This document shows positions 44,710 to 59,869 of a DNA stretch of 64,000 nucleotides, one piece after another. Made by a program: the position numbers and the translations under genes. Every line of letters starts with the position of its first letter. The first letter of the stretch is position 1. Origin of the DNA: an uncultured Chloroflexia bacterium (GTDB lineage: Bacteria > Chloroflexota > Limnocylindria > Limnocylindrales > CSP1-4); contig CAVQJC010000012.1 of the NCBI GenBank assembly GCA_963712745.1, forward strand, positions 13,319 through 77,318. Reading direction: 5' to 3'. The notes under the pieces are model-generated. The model had not been told where the DNA came from. It did not search any database and saw nothing but the letters and a program-made list of their open reading frames with translations.

Positions 44710-46284
44710 TCAACCGGGCGCCACTCCTGCCGGTGGCGGGGTGGCCGGATCGGCGGCGCGGACGAGGTCGGCGGGCTCGAGCCGGCGCCAGTCGGCCGTG
44801 GCCGTGATGGCTTCCCAGGCCCGCCCCAGCTGCAGCAGGCGAGCCTCGTCCCAGGCCTTGCCGATCAGCTGCAGCCCGACGGGCAGGCCTCCAGACAGGC
44901 CGGCAGGCACGGACAGGCCGGGCAGGCCGGCCACGCTCACCGGCAGCGTGCAGGCGTCGACGAGGTACATCGCCACCGGGTCGTCGAGCCGTTCACCAAG
45001 CGGGAACGCGACGGTGGGGCTGACGGGCGCCACCAGCGCATCGACCGAGGCGAAGGCGGCGTCGAAGTCAGACTTGATGAGGGTGCGCACCTTCTGAGCC
45101 TTGATGTAGTAGGCATCGCGATAGCCGGCGGAAAGCGCGTACGTCCCCAGCATCAGGCGGCGCTTGACCTCCGCACCGAAGCCCCGATCGCGGGTGGCCT
45201 TGTAGTTGGCGATGACGTCGCCGTCGCGCACGGCCAGCCCGTAGCGGATGCCGTCGTAGCGGGCCAGATTGGCCGAAGCCTCCGCGGGAGCCACGATGTA
45301 GTAGGTGGCCAGACCGTAGTCAGTGTGCGGCATGTCGACCTCAACCACCGACGCCCCCGCCGCTTCAAGAGCGGCTACGGCTTCGCGGACACGCGCCTCG
45401 ACGCCCGGCTCCATGCCCTCGACGAAGTACTGGCGCGGCAGACCCAGCCTGATGCCGTGCAAGGACGCGGCGGCCTCGTCGTCGTCGGCCGACAGAGCCG
45501 CGGCGAAGTCGGGCACCTCCATGGGGGCCGAGGTGGAGTCCCGCTCGTCGTGGCCCGCGACCGTGCCCAGAAGCAGAGCCGCATCGCGTACGTCGCGGGC
45601 GAACGGTCCTACCTGGTCGAGGGAGGAAGCGAAGGCGATGATGCCGTAGCGGCTGACCCGACCATAGGTGGGCTTGATGCCGACCGTGCCGGTGAGCGAG
45701 GCTGGCTGGCGGATGGAGCCGCCGGTATCGGTGCCGATAGCGAGCGGGACGTGGTACGCGGCCACGGCCGCTGCGGAGCCGCCGGACGATCCGCCGGGCA
45801 CTCGGGAGAGGTCCCACGGGTTGGCGGTCGGGCCGAAACCCGAGTGTTCGGTCGACGAGCCCATGGCGAACTCGTCCATGTTGGTCTTGCCCACGATGAC
45901 CGCCCCGGCGGCGTCGAGCTGCTCGACGATATGCGCGTCGTAGGGCGAGATGAAGCCCTCGAGGATGCGGCTGCCGGCGGTGGCCTGCCGACCCCTGGCG
46001 ATGACGAGGTCCTTGAGCCCGACCGGGATGCCCAGCAGGGGCGGCAACGCGGCCGATGCGCCCTGCCCTCCCCTACGAGCGGCGAGGAAACGGGCATCGG
46101 CGGCCGCAGCTGCAGTCCGCGCCCCCTCGGCGTCGACGGCCAGCCAGGCATGGATGGCAGTGTCCGTGGCCTCGATGGCGGCGAGGTGGGCCTCGGTCAG
46201 TTCGACGCTGCTGAGCTCACCTGCACGCAGGTGGGCCGCCATCTGATGGGCGTGGAGGCGCGTGAGCGCCGGTTCGGCGGCCAA
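44710..46284 (-). CDS. gatA: Asp/Glu-tRNA amidotransferase subunit A
   Basis: GKTNMDEFAMGSSTE, PGGSSGGS, GTDTGGSIRQPA, NLARYDG. Confidence 0.98.
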   Translation of the reverse strand: MAAEPALTRLHAHQMAAHLRAGELSSVELTEAHLAAIEATDTAIHAWLAVDAEGARTAAAAADARFLAARRGGQGASAALPPLLGIPVGLKDLVIARGRQATAGSRILEGFISPYDAHIVEQLDAAGAVIVGKTNMDEFAMGSSTEHSGFGPTANPWDLSRVPGGSSGGSAAAVAAYHVPLAIGTDTGGSIRQPASLTGTVGIKPTYGRVSRYGIIAFASSLDQVGPFARDVRDAALLLGTVAGHDERDSTSAPMEVPDFAAALSADDDEAAASLHGIRLGLPRQYFVEGMEPGVEARVREAVAALEAAGASVVEVDMPHTDYGLATYYIVAPAEASANLARYDGIRYGLAVRDGDVIANYKATRDRGFGAEVKRRLMLGTYALSAGYRDAYYIKAQKVRTLIKSDFDAAFASVDALVAPVSPTVAFPLGERLDDPVAMYLVDACTLPVSVAGLPGLSVPAGLSGGLPVGLQLIGKAWDEARLLQLGRAWEAITATADWRRLEPADLVRAADPATPPPAGVAPG

Positions 46285-46286
46285 GC

Positions 46287-46592
46287 TCAGTCGTCGCTCT
46301 CGTCGCCCAGGACGGCCGGCACGACGAAGTGCGAGCCCAGGCGCTCTGGTGCGTCGGCCAGGGCCGTCTCCAGGTCGAGGCCGGGTCGCACGACGTCCTC
46401 ACGCAGGACGCTCTCCAGCTCGATGACGCGAGCGGTCGGTGCGATGGCGTCCGTGTCGAGCTCGCTGAGCACGGCGAACTGCTCGAGGATGTGGTTGAGC
46501 TGGCCTTCGAGCTCGGTCACTTCCTGCTCGGTCAGGCCGAGGCGTGCGAGGTGGGCGACGTGCACGACGTCGCTACGTGAGAGTGTGGCCAC
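46287..46592 (-). CDS. gatC: Asp/Glu-tRNA amidotransferase subunit C
   Basis: VVHVAHLARL, LREDVV, FVVPAV; upstream of gatA. Confidence 0.95.
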   Translation of the reverse strand: MATLSRSDVVHVAHLARLGLTEQEVTELEGQLNHILEQFAVLSELDTDAIAPTARVIELESVLREDVVRPGLDLETALADAPERLGSHFVVPAVLGDESDD

Positions 46593-46620
46593 GGAGCAAG
46601 GATACCGATGCCGGCGTGAG

Positions 46621-50297
<3,677 letters not shown>

Positions 50298-50317
50298 GGG
50301 GTGCGGGTCAGCCCCGG

Positions 50318-51488
50318 TCAGCCCCGGGTCAGGCTGCGGCGCAGACCCCAGGTGCCGATACCCACCATCAGGGCCGCATAGAGCGCCAGCACCGCCAGCT
50401 GAGTCACGATGTCCGTCACCGTGGCCTTGTAGAAGACCAGCTCGCGGAAGCTGTCGATGGCCCAGAAGTGGGGCGTCAGCATGGAGATGGTCGAGATCGG
50501 TTCGTCGAACAGCTCGCCAGGCACCATGGCTCCGCCGAGCGCGGCCAGGATCATGCCCCCGACCACGCCCACGGCGCCGGCCTGGTCGGGGTTGCGGGCG
50601 AGGACGCCGACGACCATGGCAGCGCCGGTGCCTACGAGGGCGAAGAGGACGATGACCAGCAGTGCGGCAGGCAGATCGCCCCAGCTGACCGCGAACAGGA
50701 CCGACGAGGCGACCACGATGAAGAGGCCCTGCATCATGGCGATGCCGAAGCGACCCAGCAGCTCACCGAGCAGGATGGAACGGACCGGCGTCGGCGTGGC
50801 CAGCATCCGTCGCGAGACGCCGAGCTGGCGGGTGAGCAGCAGCTGCGTGGCGGCCGTCATAGAGGTCAGGAACATGAACAGCACCGTCTGGCTCTGAGCG
50901 CCCAGCGCGAAGGGGTTGCCGATGCTGGGGAAGATCGACTCGCCCAGCGTGACCTCATCGATGGCGATGCCGTCCAGCGTGTCCTGGGCCGCGCGTGCAC
51001 CCTCGAGCGCCTGCGTCGAAGTCGATCTCCGCGAACTCCGCGGCCACGCGTGCCGCGCGGACCCGAGCGGACTGCTCGGCGACGGCAGCCTCGATGCCCT
51101 GGCCCAACGCGGCGAACAGGCCTTCGGGCCGGGCCACGATCGTGAGCTCCGCGGCTTCACCTGCTCGTAGCGCCTCGTCGTAGCCGGGCGGGATGAGCAG
51201 GCCGAACTCGAGGTCCCCGTCCTCGACGCCGGCCTGGAGCTCCTCGAGCGAGTCGCGCTCGCGGACGTCGACATCGACATCGCCCGCCTCGATGATGCGC
51301 ACGAGCTCATCGCCGAGGGGACCTGCCCCGGACAGGACCACGCCGAGGCGGCTGGTGCCGGCACCGCCGAAGGCCGCACCGAGCGCGATGATGATGATGA
51401 GCGGCAGCAGGAAGACGAAGAAGAGGTTGGTGCGGTCGCGCAGAGCACGCAGCAGGTTGACGCGGGCGATCTCGAACGCGGCCCTCAC
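50318..51488 (-). CDS. ABC-2 exporter permease (frameshift near 51015)
   Basis: RDRTNLFFVFLLP in one frame; RRMLATP, LGGAMVP, TPHFWA in another. Confidence 0.85.
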
Positions 51489-52669
51489 CGGAGCACCATC
51501 CGCTTGGCGCGCAAGCAGGCCCAGGCCGCCGCGTCACCAGCCCGATGGCAGCGAGCACCGCCACCGGCGACAGGGCCGATCCGAGGTCGCCGCCGGTGGA
51601 GAGGTCATCGATGCCATCGAGGAACCAGGCGTGAGGGGTGAGCATGCTCAACTGCGACAGCAGCTCCGGGCCCTGGTTGGCGGGGAAGAAGGAGCCGCCG
51701 ATGACCGCCAGCGAGAGCGAGACGATGGCGATGGCCGAGCCCGCCTGCTCCTCGTTCCTGGTGAAGGCCACGGTCAAGCAGCGAGATGCCGGTGGCGGCC
51801 ATGGCCGCCGCCAGGGCGAGCGCGACGATGCCGACCGGATCGCCCCAGGTGGCCCCGAGCAGGAGAGCCGGTGCCCACGATGATGACGCCCAGTGAGACC
51901 AGTGCCAGCACCATCGAGACCATGAGCTTGCCGGCCACGATCGACCACCAGTGCAGCGGCGCCGCCAGCATGCGTGCGAGGGTGCGGGCGCGACGCTCGG
52001 CATGGATGCTGACGACGCCGAACTGGGCTGCCAGGAAGACGAAGAGGATGGCCATGGCCGCCGCGTAGTAGGTGGCGTAGCCGGCCTGGCGGTTGGCCGC
52101 GGCCATGTCGGCGATAGCCACTGGAGCGGCCATGGCCCTGGCCCGCTCGGCGAGGGCAGCCGTGGTCGCGGCATCGGGATCCGCCCGTCCGCGATGAGGG
52201 CCGTGGCCACTGACAGCTGTACCGCGTCGATCTCGGCGGCGAAGCCGTTGAGCACCGAGCGCGCGACCTGGCCGCTGATGGCAGCATCGGGGTCCACGAT
52301 GAGCTCCACCGTGCCGCCGCCCCCGGACATGGAGGCGCTCGTGAAGCCGTCGGGCACGATGATGACGGTCTCGACCTCGCCGGCCCTCACGGCCTCACGC
52401 GCCTCCTCGGCCGTCTCGTAACGCTCGAGGCTGATGACGCCCTCTGCCTCCATGGCGCTCAGGGGTCCCGTAGCGAGCGCGGACGCGATCTCGCCCCCGT
52501 CGAGATCCGCGAAACCCCAGCGCGCGTCGAAGTCTTCGTCGAGCCCGCCGAGGATCATCGAGAACAGCGCTGCGAGGGCGAAGGGGGCGACGACGCTGAT
52601 GAGCAGCGCCGAGCGGTCACGGACCTTCTGACGAAGGTCCTTGAGGGCGATGTCGAGGGCAGCGCGCAC
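51485..52669 (-). CDS. ABC-2 exporter permease (several frameshifts)
   Basis: KDLRQKVRDRSA; ERRARTLARMLAAP; IGGSFFP, TPHAWFLDG spread over different frames. Confidence 0.8.
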
Positions 52670-52679
52670 GAGCGGTCAC

Positions 52680-53627
52680 CTAGTCCCGCAAGGCCTTGCC
52701 GGTGAGATGGAGGAAGACGGCCTCCAGGTCGGGCTCGGTGACCTCGACGGCCCCGACCTCGGCGCCGGCCTCGGCGGCGGCGCGGATGATCTCGGGCAGC
52801 AGGGTCCGGGCATCCGTCGCGGTGACCTCGATTCCGGCATCGGTAGTGGTCACGGCCTGCACGCGCCCGATGGCCGCGAGTGCCTCCGCGGCCTCCGCCA
52901 GCGCGCCCGTAGCGGTCAGGGTCACGTGGTCCATCTGGCCCACCATGCTCACCAGCTCCGAGCGCGTGCCCTCTGCCAGGATCCTGCCCTCGTCGATGAC
53001 CCCGATGCGGTCACACAGTCGCTCGGCCTCTTCCATGTAGTGCGTGGTGTAGAGGATGGACATGCCGCCACGACGCAGGTCGTCCACGGCTTCGAGGATG
53101 GCATTCCGGCTCTGCGGGTCCACGCCCACCGTGGGTTCGTCGAGGACCAGCAGCTGGGGCTCGTGCAGCAGGCCGATACCGATGTTGAGACGGCGCTTCA
53201 TGCCACCCGAGTAATCGTCGGTCCGGTCGTCGGCCCGCTCGTCGAGGCCGGTCAGCTCGAGCACCGCCGTCACGCGCTCGTCGAGCCGCGAGCCCGACAT
53301 GCGCTGGAGCTTGCCGAAGAAGCGCAGGTTCTCGCGCGCCGAGAGGTCCGGGTAGATGGCCAGGTCCTGGGGCACGTAGCCGATGGCCGCCTTGGCCTCG
53401 GTGGCGTCGATGTCCACGGGCAAGCCCGCCACAGAGACCTCCCCGCCGTCCCGCTCGAGGAGGCCGCAGATCATGGAGATGCTGGTGGTCTTGCCGGCGC
53501 CGTTGGGACCGAGCAGTCCATAGGTCTCCCCTCGTGCGATGTGGAAGCTCACACCGTCGACCGCGGTGCGCTGACCGAAGCGCTTGCGCAGGTCTCGGCA
53601 CACCAGCAGCTGCTCGACCTCGGCCAT
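52680..53627 (-). CDS. ABC exporter ATP-binding protein
   Basis: [39 protein letters not shown]. Confidence 0.95.
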   Translation of the reverse strand: MAEVEQLLVCRDLRKRFGQRTAVDGVSFHIARGETYGLLGPNGAGKTTSISMICGLLERDGGEVSVAGLPVDIDATEAKAAIGYVPQDLAIYPDLSARENLRFFGKLQRMSGSRLDERVTAVLELTGLDERADDRTDDYSGGMKRRLNIGIGLLHEPQLLVLDEPTVGVDPQSRNAILEAVDDLRRGGMSILYTTHYMEEAERLCDRIGVIDEGRILAEGTRSELVSMVGQMDHVTLTATGALAEAAEALAAIGRVQAVTTTDAGIEVTATDARTLLPEIIRAAAEAGAEVGAVEVTEPDLEAVFLHLTGKALRD

Positions 53628-53686
53628 GCACTCCCTCCCCGCTGCTGTCCACACGGCTGGGCCGCGTCAAGTACTCACTAGTATCC

Positions 53687-53706
53687 ACATGCCCTGGGTA
53701 TGTCAA
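53687..53706 (-). promoter_or_regulatory. TTGACA -35-like hexamer overlapped by an imperfect palindrome (possible operator)
   Basis: Minus strand TTGACATACCCAGGGCATGT upstream of the ABC operon; no clear -10. Confidence 0.3.
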
Positions 53707-53839
53707 CTGCCGTCAGGACATGCATCGTAGGCTCTCCTACCAGTTGGGCTGCGAGCGGAAATATAACGCCGCGACTCTCGCCACGTGGGTGGCGCCGCAA
53801 GCGATGCCCCCAGACTCGGGGCTCGACTGCCCGGCCCGG

Positions 53840-56665
53840 TCAGCTCGAGACCTCGAGACCGGCCAGGCTGGCCATCAGTTTCTTGATGCCCTGCTTGGGG
53901 AAGGCGACCGTGACCTCCTCGTCGTCGCGGGTCAGCTTGGAGGATACGACCTGGCCCTCGCCGAAGATCTTGTGACGCACCTTCTGACCGTCACGATAGC
54001 GGTGTTCGCCGGGCACGGTCGCGTCCGGAGGCACACGCCATTCGTCCGCCGGCGGCGCCGGCTCCTCGACCAGGTCCGCCCCCTCGCTGGCGTCGCCGCC
54101 GGTCCGGCCGTAGTAGGCCTCCCGCCTGGCTGCTAGGTCGCGCGAGGTACGGAAGGTCTGACCGGCCCGGGGTGCACCGGGCGCGGCCGTGAAACCCCCA
54201 CCCGGTGGCAGGCGACGGCCGCCTCGCGGGCCGACCGGGGGGCGTCCGACCAGGCGCGAGTCGCCGACGCGCCGGCCGATGACCGCGCTGAGGTCGTAGC
54301 CCTCGAGTCGTTCGTCGTAGGGCCGCTGGTCGTCGTCCTCGTCACGGGCCACCAGGCGCGGTCCATGCATCAACTCCTCGGGGATCTCCAGCAGGAAGCG
54401 GCTGGGCACGCTGAAGCCGGATCGGCCCCAGGTGGCACGCTGGGCCGCATGGGTCAGGTAGAGCCGCCGGCGGGCCCGCGTCAGGCCCACGTAGGCCAGG
54501 CGCCGCTCCTCCTCCATCTGGCGCGGATCGTCGAGGGCACGGGCATGGGGGAACACGCCCTCCTCCAGCCCGGAGATGAAGACGACGTCGAACTCGAGTC
54601 CCTTGGCCGCATGGAGCGTGATGAGCGTGACCTTGTCGGCGTCGCCGGCGTAGGCGTCCTGGTCGGCCACCAGCGCGGTCTCCTCGAGCAGCCGGTCGAG
54701 GGCATCGGCGGGGTCGAGGTCGCCGTAGCGGTCGACGACCTCGCGCAGCTCGATGAGGTTGCCCCAGCGGTCCTCGCCATCCTGTGAGCCGTCCATGAGC
54801 ATGGCCCGGTAGCCGCTCTCCTCGAGCACCGTGTCGAGCAGCTCCGGCAGGGCCACCAGGCCGACCCTCCGACGCAGTCGTTCGATGAGCGTGCGAAGGG
54901 CGATGAGCGAGTTGCGGGCGCGCGATGTGAGCTCCCCGGCCCCGCGCTCGACATCGGTGAGTGCGGCCCAGTAGTCGCTCCCACGGTCCTCTGCGAGCGA
55001 TCGCAGAGCCTCGAGCGAACGCTGGCCGATGCCCCGGGGCGGGACGTTGACGATGCGCTCGAAGGCGGCCACGTCGTGATCGTTGCGCAGGGTACGCAGA
55101 TAGGCCAGCGCGTCCTTGACCTCTCGGCGCTGGTAGAAGCGGGTGCCGCCCACGAGCTGGTAGCGCAGCCCGTAGCGCAGGAACGACTCCTCCAGGGCGC
55201 GGCTCTGGGCGTTGGTGCGGTACATCACCGCGATGTCCTGGAGCCGGTACTCCTCGTCGTCGCCATCGTCCGCCCGGCGCGAAAGGACGGAGCCACGGCT
55301 GCCCCGGCCGGCCACGAGAGCCTCGATCTGGCGCGCGACCCACTCCGCTTCCTCGTCCTCACGGTCGGCCTCGAAGCGCTCGATGAGCTGGCCGCGCGGG
55401 TTGTCGGTCCAGAGCTTCTTGTCCGTGCGGTCCTCGTTGCGCGCCACCACCGCGTGGGCAGCGTCGAGGATGAGCTGGGTGGAGCGGTAGTTCTGCTCCA
55501 GCTTCACCACCGCAGCCTCGGGATAGTCGGTCCCGAAGTCGAGGATGTTGCGCAGGTCCGCGCCACGCCAGCTGTAGATCGACTGGTCGTCGTCACCCAC
55601 GACCGCCAGATTGCGGTGCTCCTGCGCGAGCAGCTTGACCCACAGGTATTGGGCCCGGTTGGTGTCCTGGTACTCGTCGATATGGAGGTAGCGCCAGCGC
55701 TGCTGGTAGTGGGCCAGCACCGCGGGGGCCCCTTCGAACAGGCGCACGGCCTCCAGCAGCAGATCGTCGAAGTCGAGCGCATTGGCCGCCTTCAGGCGGG
55801 TGGCGTAGCGGGCGTAGGCCGTGGCGTACTGGGACTCGAGGTAGCCACGCGCCTCGTCGTCCGCCTCGGCCGGGCTGACCATCTCGTTCTTCCAGCGGCT
55901 GATGGCCGAGAGTACCGCGGCCGGCCGGAGCTCCCCGGTGCCCTGCAGCTCGAGGTCCCGCAGGACGGCCTTGACGATGCCGGTCTGGTCGTCGGTGTCG
56001 TAGATGGCGAAGCGCGGGTCGATGCCGATGGCCGCGCCATCGCGGCGCAGCACGCGGGCGCAGAGCGCATGGAAGGTGCCCATGGCCACCTTGCTGCCCT
56101 CTTCGCCGACGAGCGCCAGGATCCGTTCGCGCATCTCGGCCGCGGCCTTGTTGGTGAAGGTGACCGCCAGGATCTGCCACGGCTTCACGTCCTCCACCCC
56201 CACCAGGTAGGCGATGCGGTGTGCCAGCACGCGGGTCTTGCCGGAACCGGCGCCGGCCAGGATGAGCAGCGGGCCCTGCGTGGTGGTGACCGCCCGTGCC
56301 TGCTCGGGGTTCAGGCGCTGGACGATCGACCTGGCCAGCTTCTTCGCATCGGCCCGGTGCCTGGCCTCTGCTGCCGGGTCGCGAGCCGGACGTGCGGCCG
56401 CCGTCTCGCCTGCGGTGGCGGCCACCATCGAGAACCACTCGGCGTCATCATCAGGCTCCGGCGCCGGCGAATGGGCGAATGGTGGGGCGGCCTCGGCCGA
56501 GCCGACCTCGACGTCGAACGAGGCCCCGCCGGGACCAGTGGGGACGTCCGCGTCCTGTGGCGGAGGCGCCAGCTCATGGGGCGCGAAGAAGCCGTCGGAC
56601 GTGGAGACCTGGGAGTCGGGCCGCAGCGGCGGATCCGCCTGCGCGCCATCTTTCGGATCCGGCAC
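53840..56665 (-). CDS. pcrA: ATP-dependent DNA helicase PcrA/UvrD
   Basis: AGAGSGKT, TFTNKAA, DEYQD, QNYRS, HAAKGLEF, EERRLAYVGLTRA, C-terminal Tudor-like domain; start uncertain. Confidence 0.96.
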   Translation of the reverse strand: MPDPKDGAQADPPLRPDSQVSTSDGFFAPHELAPPPQDADVPTGPGGASFDVEVGSAEAAPPFAHSPAPEPDDDAEWFSMVAATAGETAAARPARDPAAEARHRADAKKLARSIVQRLNPEQARAVTTTQGPLLILAGAGSGKTRVLAHRIAYLVGVEDVKPWQILAVTFTNKAAAEMRERILALVGEEGSKVAMGTFHALCARVLRRDGAAIGIDPRFAIYDTDDQTGIVKAVLRDLELQGTGELRPAAVLSAISRWKNEMVSPAEADDEARGYLESQYATAYARYATRLKAANALDFDDLLLEAVRLFEGAPAVLAHYQQRWRYLHIDEYQDTNRAQYLWVKLLAQEHRNLAVVGDDDQSIYSWRGADLRNILDFGTDYPEAAVVKLEQNYRSTQLILDAAHAVVARNEDRTDKKLWTDNPRGQLIERFEADREDEEAEWVARQIEALVAGRGSRGSVLSRRADDGDDEEYRLQDIAVMYRTNAQSRALEESFLRYGLRYQLVGGTRFYQRREVKDALAYLRTLRNDHDVAAFERIVNVPPRGIGQRSLEALRSLAEDRGSDYWAALTDVERGAGELTSRARNSLIALRTLIERLRRRVGLVALPELLDTVLEESGYRAMLMDGSQDGEDRWGNLIELREVVDRYGDLDPADALDRLLEETALVADQDAYAGDADKVTLITLHAAKGLEFDVVFISGLEEGVFPHARALDDPRQMEEERRLAYVGLTRARRRLYLTHAAQRATWGRSGFSVPSRFLLEIPEELMHGPRLVARDEDDDQRPYDERLEGYDLSAVIGRRVGDSRLVGRPPVGPRGGRRLPPGGGFTAAPGAPRAGQTFRTSRDLAARREAYYGRTGGDASEGADLVEEPAPPADEWRVPPDATVPGEHRYRDGQKVRHKIFGEGQVVSSKLTRDDEEVTVAFPKQGIKKLMASLAGLEVSS

Positions 56666-56771
56666 TGCCGCCGATTCTAGGGCTCCCGCGCGAAGGCATC
56701 AGGAACGGCCGTGGCGGCAAGGCCACGGCCGTTCTTGGTGGTGGTCAGAGCCCGCCGCCACGGGCCCGCCG

Positions 56772-57224
56772 TCAGTGAGCCGGTCCGGCCGCCTCGAGCG
56801 AGTCGCCCACCGAGACGGTGGCGGTGGCGCGGACCTCGGTGCCCAGCAGCTCGGCGCGGATGGCCGCACGCTGGAGATACACCATGGCCGCGATGCAGCC
56901 GATCGAGGGCGCCACGGCCGAGGCGAAGTTGGAGGCCAGGCCCGAGAGGAACAGGTTGGTCACGAACAGCGTCGCGAAGACGGCGATGGCCCCGTTCCAG
57001 GACCATGCCTTGCGTGTCCACAAGCCGAAGCCGACGGCGTAGGCAGCCGCGGTAAGGCCCAGGAAGACAGCGCCGGTGATGAGCGTGACGGCAGCGACGA
57101 GAGAGCCGGCGACCGTGAAGACCGAGCCGGTCAGGAGCAGGGAGACGGCAGCGTACTGGCTGTAGAACGCCACCATGACGGCGCTGAAGGCCAGGGCGGT
57201 GACGCCGAGCGAACGTTGCTTCAT
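56772..57224 (-). CDS. four-TM membrane protein
   Basis: GGAGG RBS; R-x-x-GVT-x-LA start; GLW...W. Confidence 0.75.
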   Translation of the reverse strand: MKQRSLGVTALAFSAVMVAFYSQYAAVSLLLTGSVFTVAGSLVAAVTLITGAVFLGLTAAAYAVGFGLWTRKAWSWNGAIAVFATLFVTNLFLSGLASNFASAVAPSIGCIAAMVYLQRAAIRAELLGTEVRATATVSVGDSLEAAGPAH

Positions 57225-57897
57225 GGTCGGTGGTTCCTCCGATTCGGTCGGGCCCCTGCGTGCGTTCCCGCGGGTCGTGGGCTCCGGCAGCGCGCCGGGC
57301 GTGGCCGCGGCTCGGATAGGAGCACTGTGCCCGCCGACCGGCGGTAGTGCTACTCGCCCGGTGGTCCTGGCCCACATGGGGCACGATGTGATCATGGGAT
57401 GCGGTCACAGGGAATACCGCGCGGTCCGGTGCGCTGAAATCACCCAGACCCCGATGCGACATGTGGCGACGCACCCGACGTCCGACTGGGCCGTGGTCTC
57501 GACGCCCGCGGGCGCTTCCATGAGCCGCACACGTGCAAGATGGTCCCACTTGGGACCCTCGAGGAGCGGTCCTACCTCACCGGCAAGCCTACGGTCACCA
57601 ACACCACCAGCATACTCGAACTCGACTACCCGACGCTAGGCCCGACGCATGGGTTCGGTGTCGAGAAGGGGGGCTGAGACGGCCCGCTGACCGAGGCCCG
57701 TATCGCGGCCCGGTACGACGTCGCGCCGAGACTGATGGGAGCGGGCTGAGGTTGGACGGAGAGCGGCGAGAAGCCCAACGGAAGGGTGAGATCGCCCAGT
57801 CACGGCCACAGTGGAGCGTATGGGCGTTCTTGTGCGTCTGGAGGAACCGAGTGGTCTGCGAGACAGCAACGCGGTGGGCTACCGCTCCGAGTCCTCA

Positions 57898-59079
57898 TCA
57901 GATATAGTGCTCGTCAAGCGGCCGGAAGCCATTGAAGCCAACCGATGAGCACGTGGCGGTATAGGCACCGGCACTACGAATCAGCACCTTATCGCCGATG
58001 GCCAGATCGAGCGGCAGTTCGTAGTCGGATTTCTCGTACAGGATGTCAATCTCGTCGCACGTAGGGCCAGCAATCGTGACCGGGCCCGTCGGGCCACCGC
58101 TGCGTGGGGCCTCGATGCGATACTTGATGGCCTCGTCCATGACCTCGACGAGCCCGCTGTAGCGGCCCACGTCAAGGAACACCCATCGGCGCTCGTCGCC
58201 CTTCGACTTCCGCGAGATCAGCACAACCTCACTGAGGATCACGCCTGCATCGCCAGGTAGCACGCGGCCCGGCTCGATCGATCAGCTCCGGCACGCGAGA
58301 GCCGAAGTGGCGATCCACTGCCGCAGCGATGCTCCGGCCGTAGGCGTCCAGGCTCGGCACGTCGCCCCGATATCGTGCCGGGAACCCGCCGCCGAGGTTG
58401 ACCATCCTCAACTCGATGCCGGCGTCCTCCAGCGTGGAGAAGATCGACGCGGACTCGAGCCAGGGCGAGATCCCCACTGGTCGATGTCACGCTGCTGTGA
58501 GCCGACGTGGAACGACACGCCATAGGGCTCGAGGCCCAGATCGGAAGCGCGCAGAAGCAGGTCACCCGCCATGTCGAGGTCGCAGCCGAACTTCTTCGAG
58601 AGTGGCCAATCGGCGCCGTCCCCTTCCATCAGGAAGCGGCAGAAGACCCGCGCGCCGGGAGCCTCAGTGGCAAGCTTGTACAGTTCGGCCTCGCTGTCGA
58701 ACGCGAACAACCGGATACCAGCTTCGTGTGCGTGGGCGATGTCGCGAGTCTTCTTGACGGTGCTGCCGAAGGAGATGCGCCCAGGATCGATGCCAAGGTC
58801 GAGGCACTGCTCTACCTCGCCGGCGCTGGCTGCATCGAAGTTCGATCCGAGGTCGGCCAGGCGGGATATCAGGACAGGTGCCGGGTTGGCCTTCATCGCG
58901 TAGAAGACCGTGGCCTCGGGGAGAGCACGCCGAAGACTCTCATAGCCCTGCTCCACCATGTCAAGATCCACGATTAGGCAGGGAGTGTCGGGGGCTTGGT
59001 CATCGATGAACCGGCGAATCCTGTCGCTCATCTTGGCTTGTCCCTGGTCATCGGCGGGATTACGCGTGGGAGTCAACAT
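57898..59079 (-). pseudogene. type III PLP ornithine/lysine decarboxylase, three apparent frameshifts
   Basis: FYAMKAN, FDAAS, KKFG, SFHVGSQ, NLGGGFP, IEPGR, GPTCD, GAYT, GFNGF; frame breaks near 58474, 58455 and 58280. Confidence 0.85.
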
Positions 59080-59222
59080 GGCCGCAGTTGCCTGCCTCGC
59101 GAAGCGTTCCGTTCATCGGCCTTTCGGGCCGTGCCACGTCCGTCTACGAAATGGCGGTCATGCGGGGGGATCGACTGGATCGGGTGGTTCGCATGAGGTG
59201 CTGTGCGGGTAAGGGTGCTCAT
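59073..59222 (-). CDS. putative leader peptide (49 aa) upstream of the decarboxylase
   Basis: MSTLTRTAPHANHPIQSIPPHDRHFVDG...RPC*; its last codons overlap the decarboxylase ATG (ATGTTGA). Confidence 0.45.
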   Translation of the reverse strand: MSTLTRTAPHANHPIQSIPPHDRHFVDGRGTARKADERNASRGRQLRPC

Positions 59223-59869
59223 GACCACTAGCCTAGGCCCAGCCAGGAGATGTGGGAATTACCCTATCCGGACCAGACCGCCATTTCGTGGCCGACCAAG
59301 TCAGGAGAGAGGGGAGCCATGGCGGTCGTCAGGCATGCCGGAGGGGCCACTCCTCGCCGAACCTGCAACACGAGAAACCCTTGGCTTGTCACAATAGGCT
59401 GAACCCGGACCGCTGTAATGGGCGCAGGCCGAAGCGTCTGGGCCTCCAAGAAGGCGATGGCGACCGTCCCAGTGGTCGGGAGCGGTTCGAGCGTGTTGCA
59501 GTCGGCGAACTCGTTCGAAACGAAGTAGAGATGATGCCCCAAACCGGCCACGGCGCAGACGACGAAGCAAGTGAAGCCAATCGCGTCCGCCCACGGGGTC
59601 TGACTGCCGGCATTGAACCAGGTGCCGATTTGACTGATCCAATCGGCCAGCCGGACGCGGAGTCGACGGCCAGCGCGCCTGTTGCTCTCCGCGCGGAGGT
59701 TCGGTTTCGTACCGTCGAACGTGATGCCAGCCGAGGCCGCGACAAGCGCGGTGATGCCTTCGATGAGGATGTCAGTGCAACGGGTCATACGACACGAGCT
59801 CGACGCCACCAAGTCAAGGCAAGTAACGCGACGTGGCGGCGTCCGAGGCCGGCGGTGGACTCCTCTGCA

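Noticed and set aside
59264-59812. 182-aa minus-strand ORF
   Set aside because: No recognisable motif, RBS or codon bias; cannot be supported as a gene.
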